A stretch of 64,000 bases of DNA from Alphaproteobacteria bacterium (lineage in GTDB: Bacteria > Pseudomonadota > Alphaproteobacteria > GCA-2731375): contig CBDDPY010000002.1 of NCBI GenBank assembly GCA_965232515.1, positions 2,528,001-2,592,000 of the forward strand, in the 5' to 3' direction. Under the pieces are notes generated by a model. The model made no database searches. It had not been told where the DNA came from and saw nothing but the letters and a program-made list of their open reading frames with translations. A program made the translations under genes and the position numbers. Of this stretch, positions 17,729 to 26,684 are shown one piece after another. How positions within the stretch are numbered: the first letter of the stretch is position 1; every line of letters begins with the position of its first letter.

Positions 17729-19009
17729 GTGCAAAAACTCCTCGTGGTCGAGGACTCGACCGTCTTCCGCGCCATCGTCGAACAACAGATCGGCCAGGAG
17801 CTCGGCATCGAGCTGGTGCTGGCCGAGACCATGGTCCAGGGCCTCGCCGCCGTCGAGGGCCGGGCCGACGAATTCTTCCTCGCGCTTCTGGACCTGACCC
17901 TGCCCGACGCGCCGAATGGCGAGATCGTCGACGCCATGCTTGGCCGTGGCATTCCGGTTGTCGTCTTCACCTCGCGTTACGACGAAGCCTTGCGCGAGAC
18001 ATTGCTGGCCAAGAACGTCATCGACTATGTGCCGAAGGACAGTCCGGCCAGTCTGAAATACCTCGTTTCCATGGTCCGCCGCATCCAGCGCAACCGCGAG
18101 ACCACGGCGCTGGTCGTCGACGACTCGGCCACGGCGCGACAGCTCGCCCGGCACCTGCTCGAGCTCTATCAGTTCGACGTGCGCGAGGCCGACAGCGGCC
18201 AGGCGGCGCTCGACGCGCTCGAGGCCGAGCCCGGCATCCGCCTCGTCATCACCGACTACAACATGCCGGGGATGGACGGCTTCGAGCTGATCCAGCACCT
18301 GCGCAGGCGCTTCGACCGGGACGAGCTGGCGATCATCGGCGTCTCGGCGGGCGGCGACGCGCCGTTGTCGGCCAAGTTCATCAAGTACGGCGCCAACGAC
18401 TTCCTCAACAAACCGTACCTGCGCGAGGAGTTCTTTTGTCGCATCTCGCAGAACATGGAGATGCTGGACAACATCCGCGCGTTGCGCGAGGCCGCCGGTA
18501 AGGACTTCCTGACCGGCCTGCCCAACCGCCGGTCGTTCTTCGAGATCGCCGGCGCGCTGCACGCCGCGGCCCGCCGCGACGGCGCCCGCGCCTTCGCCGC
18601 GATGATCGATGTCGATCATTTCAAGCGGGTCAACGACACCCACGGCCACGACGCCGGCGACGCCGTGCTGCGCGAAATCGGCCGTCTCCTGCCGTCTCTG
18701 TTGGTGCGCGAGTCCGACGTCGTCGCCCGGCTCGGCGGCGAGGAGTTCGCGGTCTTCGCCTACGACGTGACGCCGGAGACCGCGGCCTCGTTTTTCGAAT
18801 CGGTCCGGCAGGCGGTCGCCGACGCCGTCATCGCCACGCCGGCGGGCGCCCTCAACGTCACCGTCAGCATCGGCGTCAGCTGCCGGATCGGCGACAGCCT
18901 GCAGCACATGCTGAACGCCGCCGACGCCTGCCTCTACGACGCCAAGGCCGCCGGCCGCGACCGCGTCGTCTCCGACGCCGAACCCGCCGACCTCATGGCG
19001 GTGATCTGA
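17729..19009 (+). CDS. REC-REC-GGDEF diguanylate cyclase response regulator
   Basis: Two receiver domains (LLDLTLPD, ITDYNMPGMDG); DFLTGLPNRR; ARLGGEEF. Confidence 0.92.
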   Translation: MQKLLVVEDSTVFRAIVEQQIGQELGIELVLAETMVQGLAAVEGRADEFFLALLDLTLPDAPNGEIVDAMLGRGIPVVVFTSRYDEALRETLLAKNVIDYVPKDSPASLKYLVSMVRRIQRNRETTALVVDDSATARQLARHLLELYQFDVREADSGQAALDALEAEPGIRLVITDYNMPGMDGFELIQHLRRRFDRDELAIIGVSAGGDAPLSAKFIKYGANDFLNKPYLREEFFCRISQNMEMLDNIRALREAAGKDFLTGLPNRRSFFEIAGALHAAARRDGARAFAAMIDVDHFKRVNDTHGHDAGDAVLREIGRLLPSLLVRESDVVARLGGEEFAVFAYDVTPETAASFFESVRQAVADAVIATPAGALNVTVSIGVSCRIGDSLQHMLNAADACLYDAKAAGRDRVVSDAEPADLMAVI

Positions 19010-19042
19010 CCCGCGGCCGACGTCAGAACATCGCCCGGCGCC

Positions 19043-19147
19043 ATGCTTCGAGACGCGCCCTGTCGGGCGCTCCTCAGCATGAGGTAAAGCACTGATATCA
19101 AATACAAACCTCATCCTGAGGAGGGCCGGAGGTCCGTCTCGAAGGAT
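19043..19147. repeat. REP/RIME-like palindromic element, copy 2
   Basis: Same arms as 6741-6846; lies between convergent genes. Confidence 0.75.
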
Positions 19148-19162
19148 TGCTATCGATTGCCG

Positions 19163-20287
19163 TCAGTTCGGATTAGTCGGCCCACCCAAAAACCAATCCA
19201 AAATCCGTGCGTTCTCCTCGCGCGGATAGGTGTGCGACAGGTCGGCGATCTCGCGGTAGGTGACGTCGGCGCCGGCGGTGCTCAAGGCGCTCCGCGCGCT
19301 CCGCGCGATCTCGATGTTGAACATCCAGTCCAGCGCGCCGTGGGTCAGATAGATCGGCAGCCCGGCGATGCGGGGTGCGTCCATCATCTCCATCAGCATC
19401 GGGTGGAAACTGGCCGCGATCGGCGCCAGATGCGTGAACGGCGAATTGGCCCGCAGCCCGCTCACGTAAGCGAACGTGCCGCCATCGCTCATGCCGGTCA
19501 GCAGCAGCCTCTTGGCGTCGACGTTCCAGCGCTCGCCCACATAATCCAGCATGCCGGCGATGTTCTCGCTGTCGACATCCGGCCCCATCAGCGACCAGGT
19601 GCCGCCGCGCGCCGTCGGGCTCAGCACGATCGCGCCGCGGCCGCGCGCCTCGCGCAGCCAGGTCCACAAGAACCCCCGTCCGTGTCCGCTGCCGCCATGC
19701 AGGGCCACGATCAGCGGCCAGGCCGTGTCGGCGTCGTAGTACTCCGGCACATAGAGTGAAAAGCCGCCGCGACTGTCATAGGCGTTGTCGGCATGCATCG
19801 GCCCGACATCAGTCGCCGTCGCCTGACCCTCCCGCAGACGCGCCAGCAACGCTTCGTCGTCGCGCACGCTGTCCTCGAGAAAGAACTGGCTTACCGGCCT
19901 GAGCGCCCGGCTCAGCGGATAGAGCGCCTCCTGCGCCCGTGGCGCGCGGCGCAATGCCCGGTAGGCGGCGATCACCGCGTCGTCGCCGTCCGTGGCCTCT
20001 CGCAGCTCGTCGAAGGCGCGGCAGGTCTGGTCGCTCGCCGCCTCGACCCGCTCGACCGCGCCGCCAAGCGCTGCCGGCCAATCCATGGCCCGGAATGCCG
20101 CCAACCCGTCGCGCAGATCCGCGTCGACATCGCCGACCTCCGCCACCAGCGCGGCCAGGCGCGGCGGATGCAGCTGCCGCGCGACAAAGGCCAGCGCTTC
20201 GAGCGAGGCCAGCAATGGCCGCAGCACGCCGGTCAGCGCCGTGACCTGCGCCTCGCTGTCCCCAACAGGGGTGTCGTCTTGGGTCAT
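19163..20287 (-). CDS. Phospholipase/carboxylesterase-family hydrolase with N-terminal helical extension
   Basis: PLIVALHGGSG, GMSDGG nucleophile elbow, THGALD, LSHTYP. Confidence 0.8.
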   Translation of the reverse strand: MTQDDTPVGDSEAQVTALTGVLRPLLASLEALAFVARQLHPPRLAALVAEVGDVDADLRDGLAAFRAMDWPAALGGAVERVEAASDQTCRAFDELREATDGDDAVIAAYRALRRAPRAQEALYPLSRALRPVSQFFLEDSVRDDEALLARLREGQATATDVGPMHADNAYDSRGGFSLYVPEYYDADTAWPLIVALHGGSGHGRGFLWTWLREARGRGAIVLSPTARGGTWSLMGPDVDSENIAGMLDYVGERWNVDAKRLLLTGMSDGGTFAYVSGLRANSPFTHLAPIAASFHPMLMEMMDAPRIAGLPIYLTHGALDWMFNIEIARSARSALSTAGADVTYREIADLSHTYPREENARILDWFLGGPTNPN

Positions 20288-20586
20288 GCGTCCCCGCCTC
20301 ACGCCTCCACCGTCGAGTATGTCGCCGCCGCCATGCTGCTGTCACGTCGTTATGGGACCGGCCGTCGCGGCCGACCTCATTTTCATGGCGGCTGACGCGC
20401 TCTCATACATGGCCCGGGCGCGGCCGCCTCGCCTGTGAGCCAGCCCACAAAGATCCAGCAAAAACAAGAGCATATTTCCCACGCAGCGAGATTCGCACCA
20501 GGGCAAAGCCGGTGCGACCCGCCGTGAAAGACCGAAAAGTTGGGGACCCAACGACGCGCCGTTCGCGGCGCCCGGAGGAAGCGATC

Positions 20587-21339
20587 ATGTTCAATCTGGA
20601 TCCCCTGACCCTGCTCGACCGATTGGAGCAGGCCGACGACATCGACAATGCCAGCGCCGTGTTCAGCGACACGCTCGGCGAGAGCGGCCTTTGCGACGGA
20701 TTCTACATGCCGCGCGTGCCGGTCGAATGCCCCCGCGCCCTGGCCGAGCCCGACCTCGATATGCTGACCTTCGGCGCGAGGGTCGGCGGCTCCTATTTCC
20801 CCAGCCTCACGGAGCGCATCCGCGCTCTGCCGTTCGACCCGATCACGGCATACCTGAAGAAAAACGCGCGACCCTGGCTCAAGAACGCCGAGACCGATTG
20901 CGACAAGTCGGCGCTGCTCTACCTGGCCGACATCACCCTCGACCACGGCATCTCGGCCGGCGCGCTGTTTCCTATCCACGGGCCCGGCGGCAGCTACGCG
21001 ATCTATGGCATTTACACGGCGCGAGAGGCCCCGGAGGCCTACCGGACCTTGCGCGACCATATGGCCGCGCTCAACCTCGCCGTGCTCTATTTCCACGGCG
21101 CCTGTCACGCCAGGTTCGCGGCGCCGGCGCCTTGCCGTACGGTCGAGCTCGCGCCGCGCGAACGGGAATGCCTGCATTGGGTCGCGGCCGGTGAGAGCAG
21201 CAAACAGATCGCCTATCGACTCGATCTCTCGACCCACACGGTGAACGAGGTGATCGGCAACGCCATGCGGCGGCTGAAGGCCGCGTCGCGGGCCGAAGCC
21301 GTTGCCAAAGCGATCCTGGCCGGCCTGATCGCCCCTTGA
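20587..21339 (+). CDS. Second LuxR-type regulator with a divergent ligand domain
   Basis: LAPRERECLHWVAAGESSKQIAYRL HTH; FDPI and GALFPIHGPGG remnants of the autoinducer-binding fold. Confidence 0.85.
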   Translation: MFNLDPLTLLDRLEQADDIDNASAVFSDTLGESGLCDGFYMPRVPVECPRALAEPDLDMLTFGARVGGSYFPSLTERIRALPFDPITAYLKKNARPWLKNAETDCDKSALLYLADITLDHGISAGALFPIHGPGGSYAIYGIYTAREAPEAYRTLRDHMAALNLAVLYFHGACHARFAAPAPCRTVELAPRERECLHWVAAGESSKQIAYRLDLSTHTVNEVIGNAMRRLKAASRAEAVAKAILAGLIAP

Positions 21340-21435
21340 CCGGGCCCAATTGGACAGGATGCCACCCCTATTTTTGGGGGATCGACCGGAACGTCGGCGC
21401 CCGCCATCTCTTGCCCCAGCTATCTGGGAAAGGAT

Positions 21436-22212
21436 TTGGCTATGTACGAACGATTATCGACGCGTCCGGCCGTGGCATGGAGCCTGGCGATCGTCCTGAC
21501 CACGTTTGGCGGTCTGCCGGCCGTCGCCGTGCCGATCGCCAACATCATGCACGACGCCGCCGGCCGGTCGCAGGCGGCACTGAACTCGGGCGAAACGGAT
21601 TCCGATTCGGACATCACCACGTCGCCCGACGATCTGATCATCTCGGGCGGCAGCCTCGCGCTGACCCAGCCCGGTGTGCAGGGCGCGCTTGCCAGCGGCA
21701 GTGCGCTGTCGCGCATCTCGCTGTTCGATGACACGGCCTCGATCGCCGTGGGTGTCGGCGCCAGCTACAGCCCCAGCTTCTTCGGCGGCGACAATCCGGG
21801 TGGCGACATCGCCGCCGAACTGGAGTCTGTCATCGAGTTCACGGTCGCCGCGCAGGAGGTGTTTTTCGACCTGTTCGCGGTCGAACGCATCAACGGCACG
21901 AATTCGGGCAACTTCACGTCCGTGCTGGAGAATGTCACCGACGGTACCACCCTGTTCTCTCTCGCAACCCCGGTCGGCCGCATCTTCAGTCTCGAGTTCA
22001 CGCTGACCGATGCCGTCGGCGACCTGCTGCGCCTGACCACCATGGGCGAGGCGCTGGCGTCGAGCGAACCAGGCGGATCGTCGGCCACCTTCGACACCGA
22101 CCTGTTCCTGACCATCAGGGCGGTTCCCGAGCCGGGCACGCTCGCCCTGTTCGGTCTGGGTCTGGCCGGTCTCGGCCTTGTCACCCGGCGGCGCGCGCGC
22201 CAGACCGCGTGA
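21436..22212 (+). CDS. PEP-CTERM sorting domain protein
   Basis: N-terminal signal region; C-terminal VPEPGTLALFGLGLAGLGLVTRRRAR; start TTG21436 or ATG21442. Confidence 0.88.
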   Translation: MAMYERLSTRPAVAWSLAIVLTTFGGLPAVAVPIANIMHDAAGRSQAALNSGETDSDSDITTSPDDLIISGGSLALTQPGVQGALASGSALSRISLFDDTASIAVGVGASYSPSFFGGDNPGGDIAAELESVIEFTVAAQEVFFDLFAVERINGTNSGNFTSVLENVTDGTTLFSLATPVGRIFSLEFTLTDAVGDLLRLTTMGEALASSEPGGSSATFDTDLFLTIRAVPEPGTLALFGLGLAGLGLVTRRRARQTA

Positions 22213-22405
22213 CCGGCGGTTTGCGCGCGCTGTCCAGACACCCCCGGCTGACAGCCGCCACGCGCGCAAACGCCACCGCCCCGACGGCGCTAAACAAAAA
22301 AGCTCGGCCCCTATGCGAACGCTTTCATTGCCCCGTCACGCCGGCGCGGTATGGTCTCAACGACCGCCAATGCAACGACGTGGACATCAGAGAGGGGTTC
22401 TGTCG

Positions 22406-22585
22406 ATGAGTATCCACAATCGGTCGCGCTACAGGCCGTCGAGCATGCGCGAAATCATGGCCCTTGGTGGTTTAGGGCTGCTCTGGCTGGCGGTCGCCAT
22501 GTTCTGCATCGCCGCGCTGTCGTCAACGGCGCGAGCCACGCCCATCACCTTAAATGCGGACACGCCAGCCGACGGCCGGGCCTAG
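22406..22585 (+). pseudogene. Short or truncated secreted protein (PEP-CTERM-protein-like N-terminus)
   Basis: GAGGGG RBS; signal peptide ending ARA-TPITL, then a stop after ~15 aa. Confidence 0.45.
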
Positions 22586-22631
22586 CTGGACGATGGCCTG
22601 ACCAACCAGGCCAGCACCGCGCCGGCGAGCA
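22582..22631 (-). pseudogene. Relic 3' end of the membrane gene at 23491-24087 (LAGAVLAWLVRPSSS*)
   Basis: 22604-22631 is identical (28 bp) to 23558-23585. Confidence 0.75.
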
Positions 22632-22715
22632 AACAGACCTCTGATCTCCGTTGACCGGGCGCCTCATTTGTCGTCAGATGTATACATTTGATGAAAGATA
22701 AGGCTAATAAATCCG

Positions 22716-22991
22716 ATGGCGGAACGTTCGGTCATATCGGTCCACACGACGCCTGATACCCGGGAACGGCTGGAAAAGCTCGCCGAGGCAACCAGACGCA
22801 GCAAGTCGTTCCTCGCCAACGAGGCGATCGAGCAATATCTGGACCTGCATGAATGGCAGATCGCTGAAATCAATGCGGGCCTTGCCGAGTTGGAGCGCGG
22901 CGAAGGCGTGCCGCATGACGAGGTGATGGCCTGGATTGAGTCCTGGGATAGCGAGGACAGAAAGCCAAGGCCGACCGCCAAGAAGGCATGA
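22716..22991 (+). CDS. CopG/ribbon-helix-helix antitoxin
   Basis: RLEKLAEATRRSKSFLANEAIEQYL...WQIAEINAGL...VPHDEVMAWIESW. Confidence 0.88.
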   Translation: MAERSVISVHTTPDTRERLEKLAEATRRSKSFLANEAIEQYLDLHEWQIAEINAGLAELERGEGVPHDEVMAWIESWDSEDRKPRPTAKKA

Positions 22992-23275
22992 GGCTGGTCT
23001 GGTCGCCACGGTCTTTGCGCCATCTCGAAGCGCTTCACGCCTATATCGCCGACCGAAATCCCAATGCGGCAACACGTGTGGTCCGACGCATCGTTCAGCG
23101 CGTGGAACGTCAGCTCTCATTGGCACCCAACAGTGGTCGGCCCGGCCGTGTCGAAGGGACACGTGAGCTTGTCGTACCGCGCACCCCCTTTATCGTCGCC
23201 TACAGCGTGGAGGCGGACCGCGTCGAAATCGTCGCCGTCATTCACGGCGCGATGCGGTGGCCTGAGCAACTCTAG
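22988..23275 (+). CDS. RelE/ParE family type II toxin
   Basis: MRLVWSPR...YIADRNPNAA...GRPGRVEGTRELVV...PFIVAY...AVIHG; ATGA-coupled to the antitoxin. Confidence 0.9.
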   Translation: MRLVWSPRSLRHLEALHAYIADRNPNAATRVVRRIVQRVERQLSLAPNSGRPGRVEGTRELVVPRTPFIVAYSVEADRVEIVAVIHGAMRWPEQL

Positions 23276-23543
23276 CCCGCATTTCTCACCGCCACCATGG
23301 TCTGCGCGGTGCTGTGCCACCGACAGGGCAGGAGCGCTGCGCGGCGCGATGTGGGGGCATCGGGCAAGCAGCGCGACGCCCCCTGTCGGTGGCACAGCAC
23401 CGCCCGAAGGGTCGCGCGCAGGCGTCCGCCCGCGGCGTCGCGGCCCTCAACCGTAGGCCCCGCTACGCTTTTCGGCCCGCTCCTGGCGGATCAGACGCCT
23501 GTGCGCGACGCAGACCGTGGTGGGGGTGAGAAATGCGGGCTAG
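23272..23543. mobile_element. MITE-like element, copy 2 (272 bp, CTAG at both ends)
   Basis: CTAGCCCGCATTTCTCACC...GGTGAGAAATGCGGGCTAG; reverse-oriented homolog of 17373-17643. Confidence 0.85.
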
Positions 23544-24087
23544 GTGTTGGTCTGACGAACCAGGCCAGCACCGCGCCGGCGAGCAGCCAGGCGACGAGGT
23601 CATAGATCGACCGCGTCAGGTAGTGGCCCCAGGGCAGGTCGAACCAGATGGGTTGCGCCACGTAAGCGAAGAACGTCGCCCCGACGCCGACCACGGCGGC
23701 CAGACCGAAGCGTGCGCCATAGTCCGGCAGCCGGCTGATCCTGATCACCACGCCCAGCAATGCCGCCGTCACCAGCATGTGCAGGAAGCCCGTCAGCATC
23801 TTGACGGGGGATTCCGGATTGGCGCCGTCGGACCGGAAGGCCAGAAACGCGACCGGTCCGGCCGTGTGACGCTCCGCCCAGCCGGCATCGCCGCCCGCCG
23901 CGTCCCGGTCCGGCACAAAATAGACGCCGGCCTCGGGCAGCTCCGCGCTCAGCACCGCCGCCACGGCCTGCTCCTGCGCCAGGCTCATATGCGTGAACGG
24001 ATCGACGGGCCGCAGTCCCCAGAACAGAAATCCCCAAATGAACATGGCCACCGCGGCCAGCAAGCTGCCGACAACCAGATTCCGCAT
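23491..24087 (-). CDS. Hypothetical membrane protein (C-terminus runs into the MITE)
   Basis: Several hydrophobic segments; AGGGGA RBS. Confidence 0.75.
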   Translation of the reverse strand: MRNLVVGSLLAAVAMFIWGFLFWGLRPVDPFTHMSLAQEQAVAAVLSAELPEAGVYFVPDRDAAGGDAGWAERHTAGPVAFLAFRSDGANPESPVKMLTGFLHMLVTAALLGVVIRISRLPDYGARFGLAAVVGVGATFFAYVAQPIWFDLPWGHYLTRSIYDLVAWLLAGAVLAWFVRPTPSPHFSPPPRSASRTGV

Positions 24088-24132
24088 GCAATCCCCCTTA
24101 GATGTTCTGACGACACCGCGCCCCAGACGCGG

Positions 24133-25200
24133 TCAGAGCAACGTCAGCACCGCTTTCATTCCTGCCACGATCTTGCCGGCATCGAGAAACAGGCTGACGG
24201 CCGGTGCGATGCAACTGCCGAACCAGGACGACACCTGCTGCCAACTGACCGGCCAGATGGGCAGTTCGCCGACCGCGCGGATCTCGCTCAGCAGGGTCGA
24301 TACATCGGTCGATTCGGCGCCCTGCGCCGTGCCCATTTTCTCCAACCGCTCGGCCTTGGCTGCGACCAGGCCGTTCCGACAATCGTTGAGCCAGTTTCGG
24401 ATCAGCACCTGCGGATAAAGGAACAGAACGAACACCAGCAGGCCGACCGCCAGCATCAGCCACTTCACCGACAACGTCAGCTCCAGGCCGAAGATCTTCA
24501 ACACGAACAGATAGGCGACGTAATTGACGTAGCAGGCCAGGCAGATCAGCACGAGCCGCATGTGCAGTCGCGAGATCGTCCGGCATCGGTAGTAATTGTA
24601 CAGCGTCGAAAGCTTTGTCGCGAACAGCGCCCTGAACAGAAAAATCGACGACCCGATACAGACCAGGCCGACGCCGATACCGAACGCCGAAATGAAAAAC
24701 ACGGTGAACAGCGGCCAAACGCTATAGGACGTCGCCAGCACGGGCATCTCGCCCGCGAAGTGGTGGAACAGCGCCAAGGTAATGATGGCGCCGAACAACA
24801 GGCCGCCCGCCAGGGTCGGCCAGAACCCCGCCAGCCGTTTCACGGTGGCGGCGAACGCCGTCTCGACCTCGCGCCGGTCCTCGGCGACAACGGCGATGTT
24901 CTCCTTGCAGTCGATCAGCAGGCGCAGTCCGACCAGGCTGCCGCCGAAGACGAGCGGTATGCCGGCCAGCGCGAAGAAGAGGCTGACGATCAAGACGCCA
25001 CGAAGCCGGTCGTCCAGGGCCGGGTCGAACAGCGCGAGACCGCTCAATATCGGGAACGCCGCAAGCGCGGCAATCGCATAGGCGCCGACGGGCAGCGCGC
25101 GCGTCGATCCGGCCGCCCGTAACAGGCCGAAGGAAATGGGATCGACCCCCGCTTTGCCAAGCGCGGCCAGGGTGCCGGTCGCAGATTGCGCCGTGGTCAT
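24133..25200 (-). CDS. Hypothetical polytopic membrane protein
   Basis: About 6-7 hydrophobic segments; C-terminal LPIWP motif; no family recognised. Confidence 0.65.
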   Translation of the reverse strand: MTTAQSATGTLAALGKAGVDPISFGLLRAAGSTRALPVGAYAIAALAAFPILSGLALFDPALDDRLRGVLIVSLFFALAGIPLVFGGSLVGLRLLIDCKENIAVVAEDRREVETAFAATVKRLAGFWPTLAGGLLFGAIITLALFHHFAGEMPVLATSYSVWPLFTVFFISAFGIGVGLVCIGSSIFLFRALFATKLSTLYNYYRCRTISRLHMRLVLICLACYVNYVAYLFVLKIFGLELTLSVKWLMLAVGLLVFVLFLYPQVLIRNWLNDCRNGLVAAKAERLEKMGTAQGAESTDVSTLLSEIRAVGELPIWPVSWQQVSSWFGSCIAPAVSLFLDAGKIVAGMKAVLTLL

Positions 25201-25302
25201 GTCGCGGAGCCCCCGAAACACACGAGCGGGGGAGTTTAGAGGGCCGCCCGGCGCTGAGAAAGCGGTTAGACGGCCCGGCTATTGCAACGTCAAGACGTAT
25301 CG

Positions 25303-25602
25303 CTACCCGCGGTCGGTCCCGGCCGTCAGATCAGGTGCGACGAACTGCGAGGTGCGCAGGAAGGTGGCGAGGACGTCGTCGCCCCGCGTCGTCAGTGCCG
25401 GCCGCAGGGCATCGAGGTCGCGCAGTTCCTCGGCCAGCGCCCGGCGCTGGTCCAGCAGGTGGTTGAACTGTGCATCGCAGGCAGGGATCGGCGGCGGATA
25501 GGCGTTGATCTGTTCGCGCAACGCACGTTGCCGGGCTTCCAGGACGTCGCGCACCGCCTGCCAGCGCGCGTCGATGTCGGGCGTTTCCGCTTGTTTGGTC
25601 AT
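25303..25602 (-). CDS. Hypothetical helical protein
   Basis: INAYPPPIPACDAQFNHLLDQR core; coding-like codon usage. Confidence 0.65.
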   Translation of the reverse strand: MTKQAETPDIDARWQAVRDVLEARQRALREQINAYPPPIPACDAQFNHLLDQRRALAEELRDLDALRPALTTRGDDVLATFLRTSQFVAPDLTAGTDRG

Positions 25603-25689
25603 TGGGCGTCTCGTCGCCGTTCCGTCCACATCGGCAGTCTACATCATAGCCGCTGACAGCGGGTTAAGCCGACGCTAGTCTGGGGCGGG

Positions 25690-26247
25690 ATGAGCAAGGC
25701 ATTCACGAAAGAAACCGACGACGACGGCGACGACGATCTGCCGGACGCTTCGGCCGCGCTGCCACGGGGCGCCAAGAACTACATCACGCCGGCGGGCCAC
25801 GAACGGCTGCGCGAGGAATTGCGCCAGCTCCGCGGCGTCGAGCGGCCGAAGGTGGTCGAGACCGTGTCCTGGGCCGCCGGCAATGGCGACCGCTCTGAGA
25901 ACGGCGACTACATCTACGGCAAGAAACGTCTGCGCGAGATCGACCGCCGCATCCGCTTCCTGCTGAAGCGCCTCGAGATCGCCGAGGTCGTCGACCAAAG
26001 CCGCCAGACCAACCGCGACCAGGTCTTCTTCGGCGCCACCGTCACCTACGCCGACGGCCAGGGCCGCGAGCGCACGGTCCGCATCGTCGGTATCGACGAG
26101 GCCGGCCACGCGCCCGGCGACATCAGCTGGGTCTCCCCCGTCGCCCGCGCCCTCCTGAAAGCCTACGAGGGCGACCTCGTCACCTTGCGCACGCCATCCG
26201 GCCTCGACGAAATCGAAGTCCTCGAAATCGGCTACCACGACACCTAA
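25690..26247 (+). CDS. greB: Transcription elongation factor GreB
   Basis: NYITPAG, VSWAAGNGDRSENGDYIYGKKRLREIDRRIRFL, ISWVSPVARAL. Confidence 0.95.
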   Translation: MSKAFTKETDDDGDDDLPDASAALPRGAKNYITPAGHERLREELRQLRGVERPKVVETVSWAAGNGDRSENGDYIYGKKRLREIDRRIRFLLKRLEIAEVVDQSRQTNRDQVFFGATVTYADGQGRERTVRIVGIDEAGHAPGDISWVSPVARALLKAYEGDLVTLRTPSGLDEIEVLEIGYHDT

Positions 26248-26300
26248 TTACGGTGACAGTAACCGTAACTCAATTCCGGTGACAGTAACCATAATTCCGG
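26246..26300. repeat. Short tandem repeat AATT(A/C)CGGTGACAGTAACC x2 plus a partial third copy
   Basis: Seen directly after the greB stop codon. Confidence 0.7.
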
Positions 26301-26327
26301 CACCTTTCCGCAGCGCCGGCGCCGGCC

Positions 26328-26684
26328 GTGATTGACCGCGAGCGCGCCCTGGCGGCAAGCCGCGACTGGATCGCGGCCTGGAACGCGCACGACCTGACCG
26401 CCGTGCTGGCGCACTACGCCGACGCGCTGGTCTTCGTCTCGCCGCTGGTGGTGCGGCGGCTCGGCCGCGCCGACGGCACGATCCGCGACAAAACAGAGCT
26501 CGCCCGCTACTTCGCCGAAAGCCTCGGCCCCGACAGCCAGCTGCACTTCGAGCTGCAAGACGTGCTGGTCGGCGTCGACAGCTGGACCATGCTCTACGCC
26601 AACCACCGCGGCCAGCGCGTCGCCGAGACCGTGTTCCCCGACGCCGACGGCCGCATCGGCCGCGCCCACATCCACCATCTCTAG
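26328..26684 (+). CDS. SnoaL-like / NTF2 family protein
   Basis: WIAAWNAHDLTAVLAHYADALVFVSP...LHFELQDV. Confidence 0.85.
   Translation: MIDRERALAASRDWIAAWNAHDLTAVLAHYADALVFVSPLVVRRLGRADGTIRDKTELARYFAESLGPDSQLHFELQDVLVGVDSWTMLYANHRGQRVAETVFPDADGRIGRAHIHHL

Noticed and set aside
26246-26300. Possible mini-CRISPR array
   Set aside because: Only about 2.5 short units with spacers under 10 nt, and no cas genes.
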